Below, piece after piece: positions 16,940-25,412 of a stretch of 64,000 nt of DNA. The notes under the pieces are model-generated. The model ran no database searches, was not told the DNA's origin, and was given only the letters and a program-made list of their open reading frames with translations. Origin of the DNA: Vicinamibacterales bacterium (GTDB lineage Bacteria > Acidobacteriota > Vicinamibacteria > Vicinamibacterales > UBA8438); contig OZ250139.1 of NCBI GenBank assembly GCA_965237405.1, forward strand, positions 3,781,661-3,845,660, in the 5' to 3' direction. Both the position numbers and the translations under genes were made by a program. Every line of letters starts with the position of its first letter. The first letter of the stretch is position 1.

Positions 16940-17920
16940 GTGTAGTCGACGGGTGACAGCCTCGCAATCGCGTCACAAGGGTCACGACCTTGTCACTCAC
17001 GTAGTCGACCTCTGCCTCTGTGTTGCTGCGGCCCAGTCCAAAGCGCACAGACGCCCTGGCTAATTCGTTCGAGAGCCCAAGGGCCAGTAAGACATGTGAC
17101 GGCTTAGGATTAATCGACGTGCACGCGGATCCCGACGACACGGCTACCTCATCGAAACCGACAAGGAGTGTCTCACCTTCCACGCCATCGATGCTGATAT
17201 TGAGGTTATTGGGCAGACGGTTAGTGACCGAGCCGTTGCAACGAAGGCCGCCCAGTCGACTGGAGAACCGCTACCACAACCGGTCACGCAATGCAGCGAG
17301 CATCGTCCGCCATCTCCGCGCGACAGATCTCCGCGGCCTGACCAAACCCAACGATGGCGGCAACATCGACGGTTCCAGAGCGAAGATCCCTTTCATGTCC
17401 ACCGCCGTCGATCTACGGCTCGATCGCGATTTTAGGCCGGCGCCGACGCACGGCCAGTGCCCCGATTCCCTTAGGTCCGTACAGCTTGTGCGCGCTGAGA
17501 GACACGAGGTTCACGGCGCTACGATCCGCAGATAACGGAACCTTGCCGAGTGCTTGGGTCGCATCAGTGTGGAATCGAACCCCGCGTTGATGAGCAACAT
17601 CACAGAGCTTTGTGATGGGCTGCAGTACCTCGATCTCGTTGTTGGCGGTCATTACCGACAAGAGCGCGGTGCAGTCGGTAAACGCGCTACCGACCTCCTC
17701 TACATCGACGCAAGCCATAGGCGTCGGGTCATACGTACGTGACTCGCATGCCAGCCGCCTCAACCGCGTCTCGGGCCACCCAACCAAACGCATGGTTCCG
17801 GCTTGCGGCGTTGCCGAACATCTTGGTAAAGAACGGCGTCATCGCGTCGACAACCCGGGGATCCACCGGGATCGTCGCGTGGTGGTCCATATAGATCGGG
17901 AGCTTCACCGCCATAACCAT
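16911..17920 (-). pseudogene. iscS: Decayed cysteine desulfurase gene (iscS/nifS-like)
   Basis: Three ORF fragments carry IscS segments ([19 protein letters not shown]; TANNEI...FHTDATQALGKVPL...SAHKLYGPKGIGAL; VAVSSGSACTS). There are in-frame TAGs at 17413..17415 and 17271..17273 and at least two frameshifts (about 17735 and about 17300). An internal deletion of about 65 codons near 17750 shows up against the E. coli IscS layout. Confidence 0.85.
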
Positions 17921-17970
17921 GCTGTGAACGTTCGACTCTGGGGGCGAGACCGCGGAGCGTATAGTCCGCG

Positions 17971-19598
17971 CTAGCAGCCTGTCGGACTTGGGCGTGGCAA
18001 ACGCGCGCGGAAGCGACTTGGCACCTGTGTGAACGACGCCCTGTGTCTCTGTGCCGGGAGGGCCGCTTCGACCGAAACGGGGACTGTATTCCTGGCCATC
18101 GGTCGCTGACGGCGCCTGGAGGCCTTTCTGACGCCTCTGGTGGGTCGCGAACACGCCAAGTTCCGCTCCTTATAGCCCCGTCATGCCAGCCTGAGGTTGT
18201 GCAAGCGTCGGCAGTTATACGCCAGCGTTACCAAGGCCCATTCGCCCTCCACCTTCTCGAGACCCCGCAGCAGAAACTGCCGGAAGCCCATCGCCTGCTT
18301 CACGATCCCGAACACCGGCTCCACCGTCTGCTTGCGCAAACGGTAATGCGCCCGGTGCTCCGGCAGTGCCATCTTCTGCTGCATCGACTTGATCCAGTCC
18401 GCCTGCGGCTCCTTCGCCAGCGGGTGCGGCGGCTCCGGTCGGAAGTCGTGCTGGCGCCGTTGGCCTTCCGCCCCCGTCGCCACCAACACCTCCACACCGC
18501 GACCTGCCAGTTGCGACACCTCGCTGCCCGTCGCGTAGCCGCTGTCCGCCAGTACCCGATCCGCCGCGCCCAACGCCGCCGGGATCGCATCCACATCCGC
18601 CACCAACTCGTTGCGGTCGCTCGCGCACACGCTCACCCTAGCCCCCAACACCAACTGACTGCCGTCGGCATCCACCGCCGCCTGCGCGTTGTACGCCTGG
18701 CGGTACTCATGGCGCCGGCTCTTGCGCATCAGCGCACTGTCCGCGTCCGTCAGGTTGATCTGCTCCTCCGCCTCCGGCGCTTCCGTCGGCGGTTTGATGT
18801 GCCGACCCTTGCGCGATCCCGTACGCCGCTCCCGCGCCGCCACCTTGCGCTCGTACTCCGCCCGCTCCGAGTCCGCACGCGCCTGCGCACGCCGTTCCAA
18901 CTCCGCGCACGCACGGTCCAGCTTCACCCGCAGCTTGTCCCGCCGCGACAACTCCTCCGGCAGACCCTGCGGGTCCGGCGCGGCGTCCGTGTCGGCGTGC
19001 TCCGCCTGATCCAACAACCCCTCGATCTCGCCTCGCAACTGCTCGCGCAACGCCCCCGCCCGGTCGTAGCGGAGGCTGTTGCGCTTATTCGCGTTCGCGT
19101 CCACCTTCGTCCCGTCCACGCTCACCGTCCCAACACGCAGCAGCTGCAGCTCCTTCGCCAGCAGCAGTACCTGCAGGAACGCCTCCGCTACCGCATCGAA
19201 GTTGCTGCGCCGGAACGTGCAGATCGTGTCGTGGTCCGGGTGACAGTTCGCCGCCACGTACCGAACGCCAATGTCCCGATACGTCGCCCGCTCGATCCGA
19301 CGCGAGCCGAAGATCCCGTTCGCGTAGCAGTACACCAGCAACGCCAGCATCATCCGCGGGTGATACTGCGCCGATCCGGTGCCCCGTTCGTTTACCTGGA
19401 ACCGCTCCAGCGGCACCCGTTCCACCGCCTCAACCACGAAGTGCGCCAGATCGTCCTCCGGCAGCCAATCGCGCAGGTCCGGCGGCAGCAAATACAGCTG
19501 CGACTGGTGCCGCTGTACGAACTTCGGCATCTACTTCGACCTCCTCGACTCGACAAGCCCTATTATAAAACCCGGGCCTAAGTCCGACAGGCTGCTAG
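17971..19598 (-). mobile_element. IS element, IS1182/IS5-like, 1628 bp, with 23-bp terminal inverted repeats (22/23 match)
   Basis: IRL CTAGCAGCCTGTCGGACTTGGGC (17971..17993) versus the reverse complement of IRR, CTAGCAGCCTGTCGGACTTAGGC (19576..19598). The terminal CTAG could instead be a 4-bp target duplication. Confidence 0.85.
18181..19530 (-). CDS. IS1182-family DDE transposase
   Basis: 449 aa. The N-terminus QSQLYLLPPDLRDWLPEDDLAHFVVEAV...YHPRMMLALLVYCYANGIFGSRRIE...PDHDTICTFR is the typical IS1182/IS5 N-terminal domain, with a DDE region downstream. Confidence 0.85.
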   Translation of the reverse strand: MPKFVQRHQSQLYLLPPDLRDWLPEDDLAHFVVEAVERVPLERFQVNERGTGSAQYHPRMMLALLVYCYANGIFGSRRIERATYRDIGVRYVAANCHPDHDTICTFRRSNFDAVAEAFLQVLLLAKELQLLRVGTVSVDGTKVDANANKRNSLRYDRAGALREQLRGEIEGLLDQAEHADTDAAPDPQGLPEELSRRDKLRVKLDRACAELERRAQARADSERAEYERKVAARERRTGSRKGRHIKPPTEAPEAEEQINLTDADSALMRKSRRHEYRQAYNAQAAVDADGSQLVLGARVSVCASDRNELVADVDAIPAALGAADRVLADSGYATGSEVSQLAGRGVEVLVATGAEGQRRQHDFRPEPPHPLAKEPQADWIKSMQQKMALPEHRAHYRLRKQTVEPVFGIVKQAMGFRQFLLRGLEKVEGEWALVTLAYNCRRLHNLRLA

Positions 19599-19600
19599 TG

Positions 19601-20089
19601 TCAAAAATCGGCGACTGTAACGCCGACTGAAGCACACTCCGGCACGTGATGGAAACGAATCGAAATCACGGAAGACCGCGCCGATCCGTCTTCGGCAAGC
19701 TCTTTCAAGGTGAAGGACTCGAGCGAACTTACGATCCGGTTCTTTAGCTGCCACAGTGGACCACGAATGTTGCATTTGGAGTACTGCTCGCAACTCTCGT
19801 CTAAATCGGAGCAAGCCGTAATCATGACCGGCCCGTCGATCGCCACGATCACATCGGCTACCGAGATCTGGATGGCGGGTCTAGAAAGCTGATAGCCGCC
19901 ACGACTTCCCTGATGCGAAACGAGTAGACCTTTTTTTGACAGCCGCTGTAGCACTTTTGCCATCAACTCGATCGGAATGTCGAATCGGCCCGCGATCTCA
20001 CGTGCGCTCGACGAAATGCCTTGAGGCTTCGAGGCTAGATCCTTAAGGGCGATGAGGGCGTAGTCGGCCTTCTTGGACAATCGCAGCAT
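19601..20089 (-). CDS. iscR: Rrf2-family transcriptional regulator (IscR-like)
   Basis: MLRLSKKADYALIALKDLA wHTH N-terminus and a C-x6-C-x5-C cluster-ligand-like spacing (CSDLDESCEQYSKC). Confidence 0.8.
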   Translation of the reverse strand: MLRLSKKADYALIALKDLASKPQGISSSAREIAGRFDIPIELMAKVLQRLSKKGLLVSHQGSRGGYQLSRPAIQISVADVIVAIDGPVMITACSDLDESCEQYSKCNIRGPLWQLKNRIVSSLESFTLKELAEDGSARSSVISIRFHHVPECASVGVTVADF

Positions 20090-20169
20090 GTCGAGACTCG
20101 GAACACTCCAGATTCTACCAGGATATCGTCCCTCTTTGCTACCCGTCGAGAAATGCCGATACGAATATG

Positions 20170-21333
20170 TCAGTACTTCGGTAGCGTCGAGTCAACCCTG
20201 TCAATCCAAGCCAGAATACCGCCACGAAGGTTCTTCGCCTTCGAGAAACCAGCTTCGCGTAAGAGCTTCACCGCCTTCGCGCTCCGGACTCCAGACTTGC
20301 AGTGCACGATCATGTCGTCGTGCCCCTCTAACTCGGTCAGCCGATGCGGAAGACCACCGAGTGGGATAAGCGTAGACCCAGGGATACGGCAGATCTCGAA
20401 CTCTTGTGGCTCTCGTACGTCGAGCAGGAACACCCCATCGTTGGCATCGAGGCGCGCCTTGAGATCCTCGACCGTCACTTCGTTCCCCTCAGATATCTCA
20501 CTGGCGACCGGCGGAGTGATACCGCAAAACTGCTCGTAGTCGATTAGCTCAGTGATGGTTGGGTTCTCACCACACACCGGGCATTCAGGATCCTTCTTGA
20601 GCTTAAGATCACGAAAACGCATCCGGAGAGCGTCGTAGATCATGAAACGGTTGATCAGCGCCTCGCCGATCCCGATGATCAACTTGACCGCTTCGGTCGC
20701 CTGAATGGTACCGATCACACCTGGCAAAATACCGAGGACCCCACCCTCGGCGCAGCTCGGTACCAGCCCGGGCGGAGGAGGTTCGGGATAGAGACACCGG
20801 TAACACGGGCCGTCCTTTGTCGCGAACACCGACACCTGCCCTTCGAACCGAAAGATGCTGCCATAGACGTTGGGCTTCCCCAGGATGACGCACGCGTCGT
20901 TCACAAGATACCGTGTCGGAAAGTTATCGGTGCCGTCGACGATGATGTCGTACCCGGAAAGCAAATCGATCGCGTTGGCCGACGACAGTGCCACGTCGTG
21001 CGTCACAACCGTCACTTCGGGATTAATCTCCGTCAACCGGTCGCGCGCCGACTCCAACTTGGGCCGTCCAACGTCGGGTGTTCCGTGAATGATCTGTCGC
21101 TGCAAGTTGCTGTAGTCCACGACATCAAAGTCGACGATGCCGATCCGCCCAACGCCTGCAGCCCCGAGATACAGCGCGACCGGAGACCCGAGGCCACCCG
21201 CTCCTATGCAGAGGACGCTGGCTGCCTTGAGCTTGAGCTGCCCATCCATGCCGACTTCCGGCATGATGAGATGGCGGCTGTAGCGCGCGACCTCCTGGTT
21301 GCTCAGCGCGGACGTAGCTTCATTCATCCACAC
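20170..21333 (-). CDS. moeZ: Adenylyltransferase/sulfurtransferase MoeZ (ThiF/MoeB E1-like domain plus C-terminal rhodanese)
   Basis: RYSRHLIMPEVG, GAGGLGSP, CxxC pairs (CYRC, CPVC), and a C-terminal rhodanese domain with active-site CKSGVRS. The start is either GTG 21333 or ATG 21327, both overlapping the carrier-gene stop. Confidence 0.9.
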   Translation of the reverse strand: MWMNEATSALSNQEVARYSRHLIMPEVGMDGQLKLKAASVLCIGAGGLGSPVALYLGAAGVGRIGIVDFDVVDYSNLQRQIIHGTPDVGRPKLESARDRLTEINPEVTVVTHDVALSSANAIDLLSGYDIIVDGTDNFPTRYLVNDACVILGKPNVYGSIFRFEGQVSVFATKDGPCYRCLYPEPPPPGLVPSCAEGGVLGILPGVIGTIQATEAVKLIIGIGEALINRFMIYDALRMRFRDLKLKKDPECPVCGENPTITELIDYEQFCGITPPVASEISEGNEVTVEDLKARLDANDGVFLLDVREPQEFEICRIPGSTLIPLGGLPHRLTELEGHDDMIVHCKSGVRSAKAVKLLREAGFSKAKNLRGGILAWIDRVDSTLPKY

Positions 21334-21604
21334 CGCCCGCCACGGATGGCACGATGCTGATGGTGTCTCCGTCGTTTACGGACGTCGCTTCCCTATCTAA
21401 ATAACGAATATCATCATCGTTGACATACACGTTGACGAAGCGCCGTAGTCGGCCGTCCTCGTTATATAGATGACTTCGCAGTTCTGAGTACTTGGCAGTC
21501 AGGTTCTCCAAAAGCTCTCCAACCGTCTTTCCTTCGACCTGTACGACATCCTGCTTACCCGCATACACACGAAGCGGTGTTGGTATCAGTACATTATTGG
21601 CCAT
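21320..21604 (-). CDS. cysO: ThiS/MoaD-family sulfur carrier protein, CysO-like, ending GG-VDE
   Basis: IPTPLRVYAGKQ...RFVNVYVNDDDIRYL...DGDTISIVPSVAGGVDE closely parallels M. tuberculosis CysO (which ends ...AVAGG), but has 3 extra residues after the Gly-Gly. Confidence 0.85.
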   Translation of the reverse strand: MANNVLIPTPLRVYAGKQDVVQVEGKTVGELLENLTAKYSELRSHLYNEDGRLRRFVNVYVNDDDIRYLDREATSVNDGDTISIVPSVAGGVDE

Positions 21605-21615
21605 ATCAATTTGTC

Positions 21616-22113
21616 CTATTCGTTTCGTCGTTCGATACGTGCTTCATCGAACGCTGAGCGGTCTTCTCGTAGTCGCCACGAGGTCATCACACCAGGCTCG
21701 CCCTTCTCGACGGCGATGATCACATACGTAAACACCGGCCAAGCGTGATCCAGATCATACTGGGACGGGCGAGCTGGGTGGTCAGGGTGCGAATGATAGA
21801 AGCCGATCAGCTCGTGGCCAAACTTCGTCGCACGCCGCTCCGCCGTTCGATAGTCGTCTGGACTGACCAAGAAGCGACGTCGCGGCCCTTCCTCGGTTGT
21901 ATTAGGGAGCGAAAAGCACTCCCCCACGACGTTATCGGTCCCAATTAAGGCGCCGCAGCACTCGTTTGGGTACGTTTCGCGACCGTGATTCTGAATATGC
22001 ACGGCAACGTTGTCACGAATGATGAGTGCCTTCTCTTGATCGTTCAACATCGACCTGTTCTTGCTGGTTCCAACCTTGTGAACTAATCGTCTCAGAACCA
22101 CTGGGGTAAGCAT
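21616..22113 (-). CDS. mec: JAMM/MPN+ metalloprotease (Mec-like)
   Basis: JAMM motif: E in YPNECCG plus HSHPDHPARPSQYD (HxHx7Sx2D). GGAGAGGA SD before the ATG at 22113. Confidence 0.85.
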   Translation of the reverse strand: MLTPVVLRRLVHKVGTSKNRSMLNDQEKALIIRDNVAVHIQNHGRETYPNECCGALIGTDNVVGECFSLPNTTEEGPRRRFLVSPDDYRTAERRATKFGHELIGFYHSHPDHPARPSQYDLDHAWPVFTYVIIAVEKGEPGVMTSWRLREDRSAFDEARIERRNE

Positions 22114-22242
22114 TCCTCTCCGCCGTCAGAGAAAATCCTGTCAACGAAGTCCTCACACAACCTGCACGCTCGCCATCAACATCAATAGATCCACTGGCCA
22201 GAATCCACTCCACCCTTGTCACCTGCCTCCAGACCTACCTAC

Positions 22243-23580
22243 CTATTTGGAGTCAGTGTCAAAGCCCTTCTCTCGCCATGCGAGAGTCCCTCCGGTAATA
22301 CTCCGTACGTTGCGATAGCCAAGAGATTTAAGGAACAAAACACCTGACAACGAAGCGTTTCCACGTTGGCACACGCTGAGAATCGGAGCGTCGAGATCAC
22401 TGGAAAGAGCTGAGAGATCCTCGCCAAGCTCCTGGAGCGGCATGCTGAGGGCACCGGGAATGTGTGCCTCCTGATATTGGTCGTTCGGACGCACATCTAT
22501 CACAGATGACTTGCCGTCCTTCCACTGCACATGAGCAGCTTCAACATCAATGGTTAGATCGGCGTTACCTCGCACGTTCTCCACCATCTTATCGAGCAGC
22601 GTGTTGCTCGGTGCCCCCCCCTTAAACTCTTCGGCTGCGAGACCCGGCAAATGTTTCACTACCGACGATGCATACTTAAATGCGCTATCGCAAAAGATAA
22701 CGACCACGACATTGCCGGATTCATCGGGCACAAGTTTGAAGGCGCCAGAAAGCGCCATGGCCGAACTCGGGCCGGCGATAATACTCTCCTCCCGATTCAA
22801 GCGTAGGCAGAGGTCAAACGCTTCTTGATTTGTCACCTCGACCAAACCGTCGTACTCGTCAGGAAAGAACAACTTCGTTTGCTGCAACTGCCGGATACTT
22901 CGCACACCCGGGATATCATGTCCCTCCTGCGGGTGCACGCCGAAGATCTTGACGGAATCATTCTGCTCCTTTAGGAACCGGCCAGTGCCGGTAATCGTTC
23001 CGCACGTACCGAGCCCCGATACAAAGTGCGTCACATTCCCTTGAGTCTGACGCCAGATCTCCGGCCCGGTCGTTTTGTAGTGCGCATCAGGGTTCGCTTC
23101 GTTGGTGTACTGGTTCAACATGTGGAACCCGGGACGATCGGCGATTTCGCTGGCCTTTGCAATAGCTCCTTCAGGTGCCCCTGGTGCCGGACAGAGACTG
23201 TCCTCAAGCTCTATTACATCGGCACCAAAAAAACGGAGCATGGTGCGCTTCTCAAGTGGGATCTCGCTCGAGAGCGGCGTTGTCAGGGAATATCCCCTAA
23301 TATTCGCGATCATGGCGAGCGCCATGCCCGTATTTCCCGAGGTTGGCTCAACTAGCTTCTGGTTGCCGTGGATCGTTTGGCGTGCTTCGCCATCGGCTAT
23401 TAGGTTGGCTGCAACACGATCCTTGACCGCACCGAACGGGTTGTACCACTCGAGCTTGCCGTACACTTGCGTGTGCCTGAACGGCAACACCCGGTTTAGG
23501 CGGACCAAGGGCGTGGGATTGTCGGTACCGGAGAGAAGGCCGAGAATAGAATCATAGACGCGCAGGGCATGATCATTCAT
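22243..23580 (-). CDS. cysM: PLP-dependent cysteine synthase (CysM-like) fused to a C-terminal rhodanese domain
   Basis: Beta-family PLP enzyme motifs: NPFGAVKDR (PLP Lys), EPTSGNTGMALA. The last roughly 110 aa form a rhodanese domain (VIDVRPNDQYQEAHIPGA ... CQRGNAS). Confidence 0.8.
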   Translation of the reverse strand: MNDHALRVYDSILGLLSGTDNPTPLVRLNRVLPFRHTQVYGKLEWYNPFGAVKDRVAANLIADGEARQTIHGNQKLVEPTSGNTGMALAMIANIRGYSLTTPLSSEIPLEKRTMLRFFGADVIELEDSLCPAPGAPEGAIAKASEIADRPGFHMLNQYTNEANPDAHYKTTGPEIWRQTQGNVTHFVSGLGTCGTITGTGRFLKEQNDSVKIFGVHPQEGHDIPGVRSIRQLQQTKLFFPDEYDGLVEVTNQEAFDLCLRLNREESIIAGPSSAMALSGAFKLVPDESGNVVVVIFCDSAFKYASSVVKHLPGLAAEEFKGGAPSNTLLDKMVENVRGNADLTIDVEAAHVQWKDGKSSVIDVRPNDQYQEAHIPGALSMPLQELGEDLSALSSDLDAPILSVCQRGNASLSGVLFLKSLGYRNVRSITGGTLAWREKGFDTDSK

Positions 23581-23900
23581 CGCCTAGCTGATCCTCACAT
23601 AAACCATAGTATTTTCGTTCTGCCGTGACGTTGGTTGGCATACACATCTTAACTCGATCGCCTGACGCCGCTCTGATTATGGCGTAAGCGATTCCCGTGT
23701 TTCCGGAAGTCGCGTCAAACAGGATCGTGCCCGAGTGCAACGGACCGCTAGCGACACCTGTGACAATCATTCGGGCCGCCCCACAGGATTTTGCCACGAG
23801 GCCGTAGCATACAGCTCAACCTAGGAAAGCCGCCGGTCGAAGCGGAGTAATCGATCCAGCGAAGTGTTTCCGGTGAGGTCGACGGCCATGGAGGCCCCCT
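23573..23900 (-). pseudogene. Remnant of a second cysteine-synthase paralog
   Basis: Minus-strand frames read GNTSLDRLLRFDRRLS*VELYATASWQNPVGRPE* and then, after a frame shift, ARMIVTG...TILFDATSGNTGIAYAII...MPTNVTAERK. The remnant is truncated where cysM starts. Confidence 0.6.
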
Positions 23901-24041
23901 TCTGCTGAAACTCCTGAGATATCGATACCAATCGATCGTAACATTCATTAAGAGAGACGCCTGTGGAACGCGAGCCGTCCCGGTTGTGCGGGCACCTCGG
24001 TTAGCTTATCCTCAGTCGGAAACTTCGGTTGTCCCATCGAT

Positions 24042-25355
24042 ATGGAACCATTTTCGACCATCGCTACCCTGGCCATGTTCCTAGTGGGGCTCGGGCTCGG
24101 GCTGGCTATGGGATGGATGCTTGGACGAGCTCTGAGTACGCGGGAAACTAGCGAACGTAACACACAATTGGTCGCAGAGACTGCGTCGGCGAAGACCGCG
24201 CTCGAAGCCGAGCGGCAAGCGATGGCCGATCGCGAGGCCCTACTTACCAAAACCGACGATCATCTTCGACAGACGTTTACCGCACTATCGGCCGAGGCGC
24301 TTCGGACCAACAATAAGTCCTTCCTCGAGCTCGCGCGTAACTCGCTCGCCGAGTACCAGCGACAGGCCTCAACCGATCTACAACACCGCCAACAGAAGAT
24401 AGGTGAGCTAGTCAAGCCACTGCACGAGTCGCTCGCTCGGGTCGACGCCAGGCTGCAGGAAGCGGAAAAAGAACGGGTCGGATCGTACTCGCAGCTTTCA
24501 GAACAACTCCGCGCGCTGGCAATCACAACCACGAACCTCGAGCGTGCGTTGCAGACGCCCAACATCCGCGGCGGCTGGGGCGAAGTGCAACTCAGGCGAG
24601 TCGTCGAGATGGCGGGAATGCTGAACCACTGCCACTTCGTCGAGAAGAAGGCCGCCACGTCGGACGACGGACGTTTCATTCCAGATCTGATAATCAAGCT
24701 GCCAGGAGACCGGAACATTGTCGTCGACGCAAAGGTGCCGTACATCGCCTATCGGGAGGCGGTAGAGGCAGCCGACGAATCCACGCGTGCGGTCAAGTTC
24801 AAGGACCACGCGCGTCAGCTCAGGGAGCACATCACTCAGCTCAGCAGCAAGAAGTACTGGGACCAGTTCCAGCCGACTCCCGAGTTCGTGTTTATGTTCC
24901 TACCCGGAGAGGGCTACTTCAGCGCGGCGCTGCAACACGACCCGACGTTGATCGAGTTCGGCGTCGACAAACGGGTCATTCCGGCAAGTCCCTTGACGCT
25001 GATCGCACTGCTGAGAGCAGTCGCATCCGGATGGCAGCAGGAAACGGTGACGCAAAACGCGAAAAGAGTCAGCGAACTGGGTCGTGAGCTCTATGACCGG
25101 GTACGCGTGCTAGGGGTGCACTTCGATGAGCTGGCGCGTGGACTCACCCGGACTATCGCTGCCTATAACAACAGCGTGGGTACACTAGAATCACGGGTAC
25201 TGGTCACCGCACGTAAGTTCAAGGATCTCGGGGTCGCAGCGAACGACCCGATCCCCGAACTCCTTCCGGTCGACCACACTCCCAGGGCGCTCCAGGCCCC
25301 CGAGCACGCAGACCTCATCAGTGATCCGACCGATGGCGAGGTGGTCAAAGACTAG
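24042..25355 (+). CDS. rmuC: DNA recombination protein RmuC
   Basis: N-terminal TM helix, a long coiled coil, and the conserved C-terminal RmuC region (RGGWGEVQLRRVVEMAGM, VVDAKVP, FVFMFLPGE). Confidence 0.85.
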   Translation: MEPFSTIATLAMFLVGLGLGLAMGWMLGRALSTRETSERNTQLVAETASAKTALEAERQAMADREALLTKTDDHLRQTFTALSAEALRTNNKSFLELARNSLAEYQRQASTDLQHRQQKIGELVKPLHESLARVDARLQEAEKERVGSYSQLSEQLRALAITTTNLERALQTPNIRGGWGEVQLRRVVEMAGMLNHCHFVEKKAATSDDGRFIPDLIIKLPGDRNIVVDAKVPYIAYREAVEAADESTRAVKFKDHARQLREHITQLSSKKYWDQFQPTPEFVFMFLPGEGYFSAALQHDPTLIEFGVDKRVIPASPLTLIALLRAVASGWQQETVTQNAKRVSELGRELYDRVRVLGVHFDELARGLTRTIAAYNNSVGTLESRVLVTARKFKDLGVAANDPIPELLPVDHTPRALQAPEHADLISDPTDGEVVKD

Positions 25356-25412
25356 TCGTGCCGCCTCGACCCGTTTCCAACCACGTCACGTTCAGTTGAA
25401 TTGGACCTGCTT

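Noticed and set aside
18043-19581. 512-aa plus-strand ORF, extremely Arg/Leu/Pro-rich
   Set aside because: It lies antisense to the IS transposase gene. Its composition is what a high-GC antisense frame produces, and it has no motifs. The same reasoning applies to other long antisense ORFs, for example 3347..4315, 11255..12115, 40534..41157, 44389..45003, 47521..48300 and 5575..6201.
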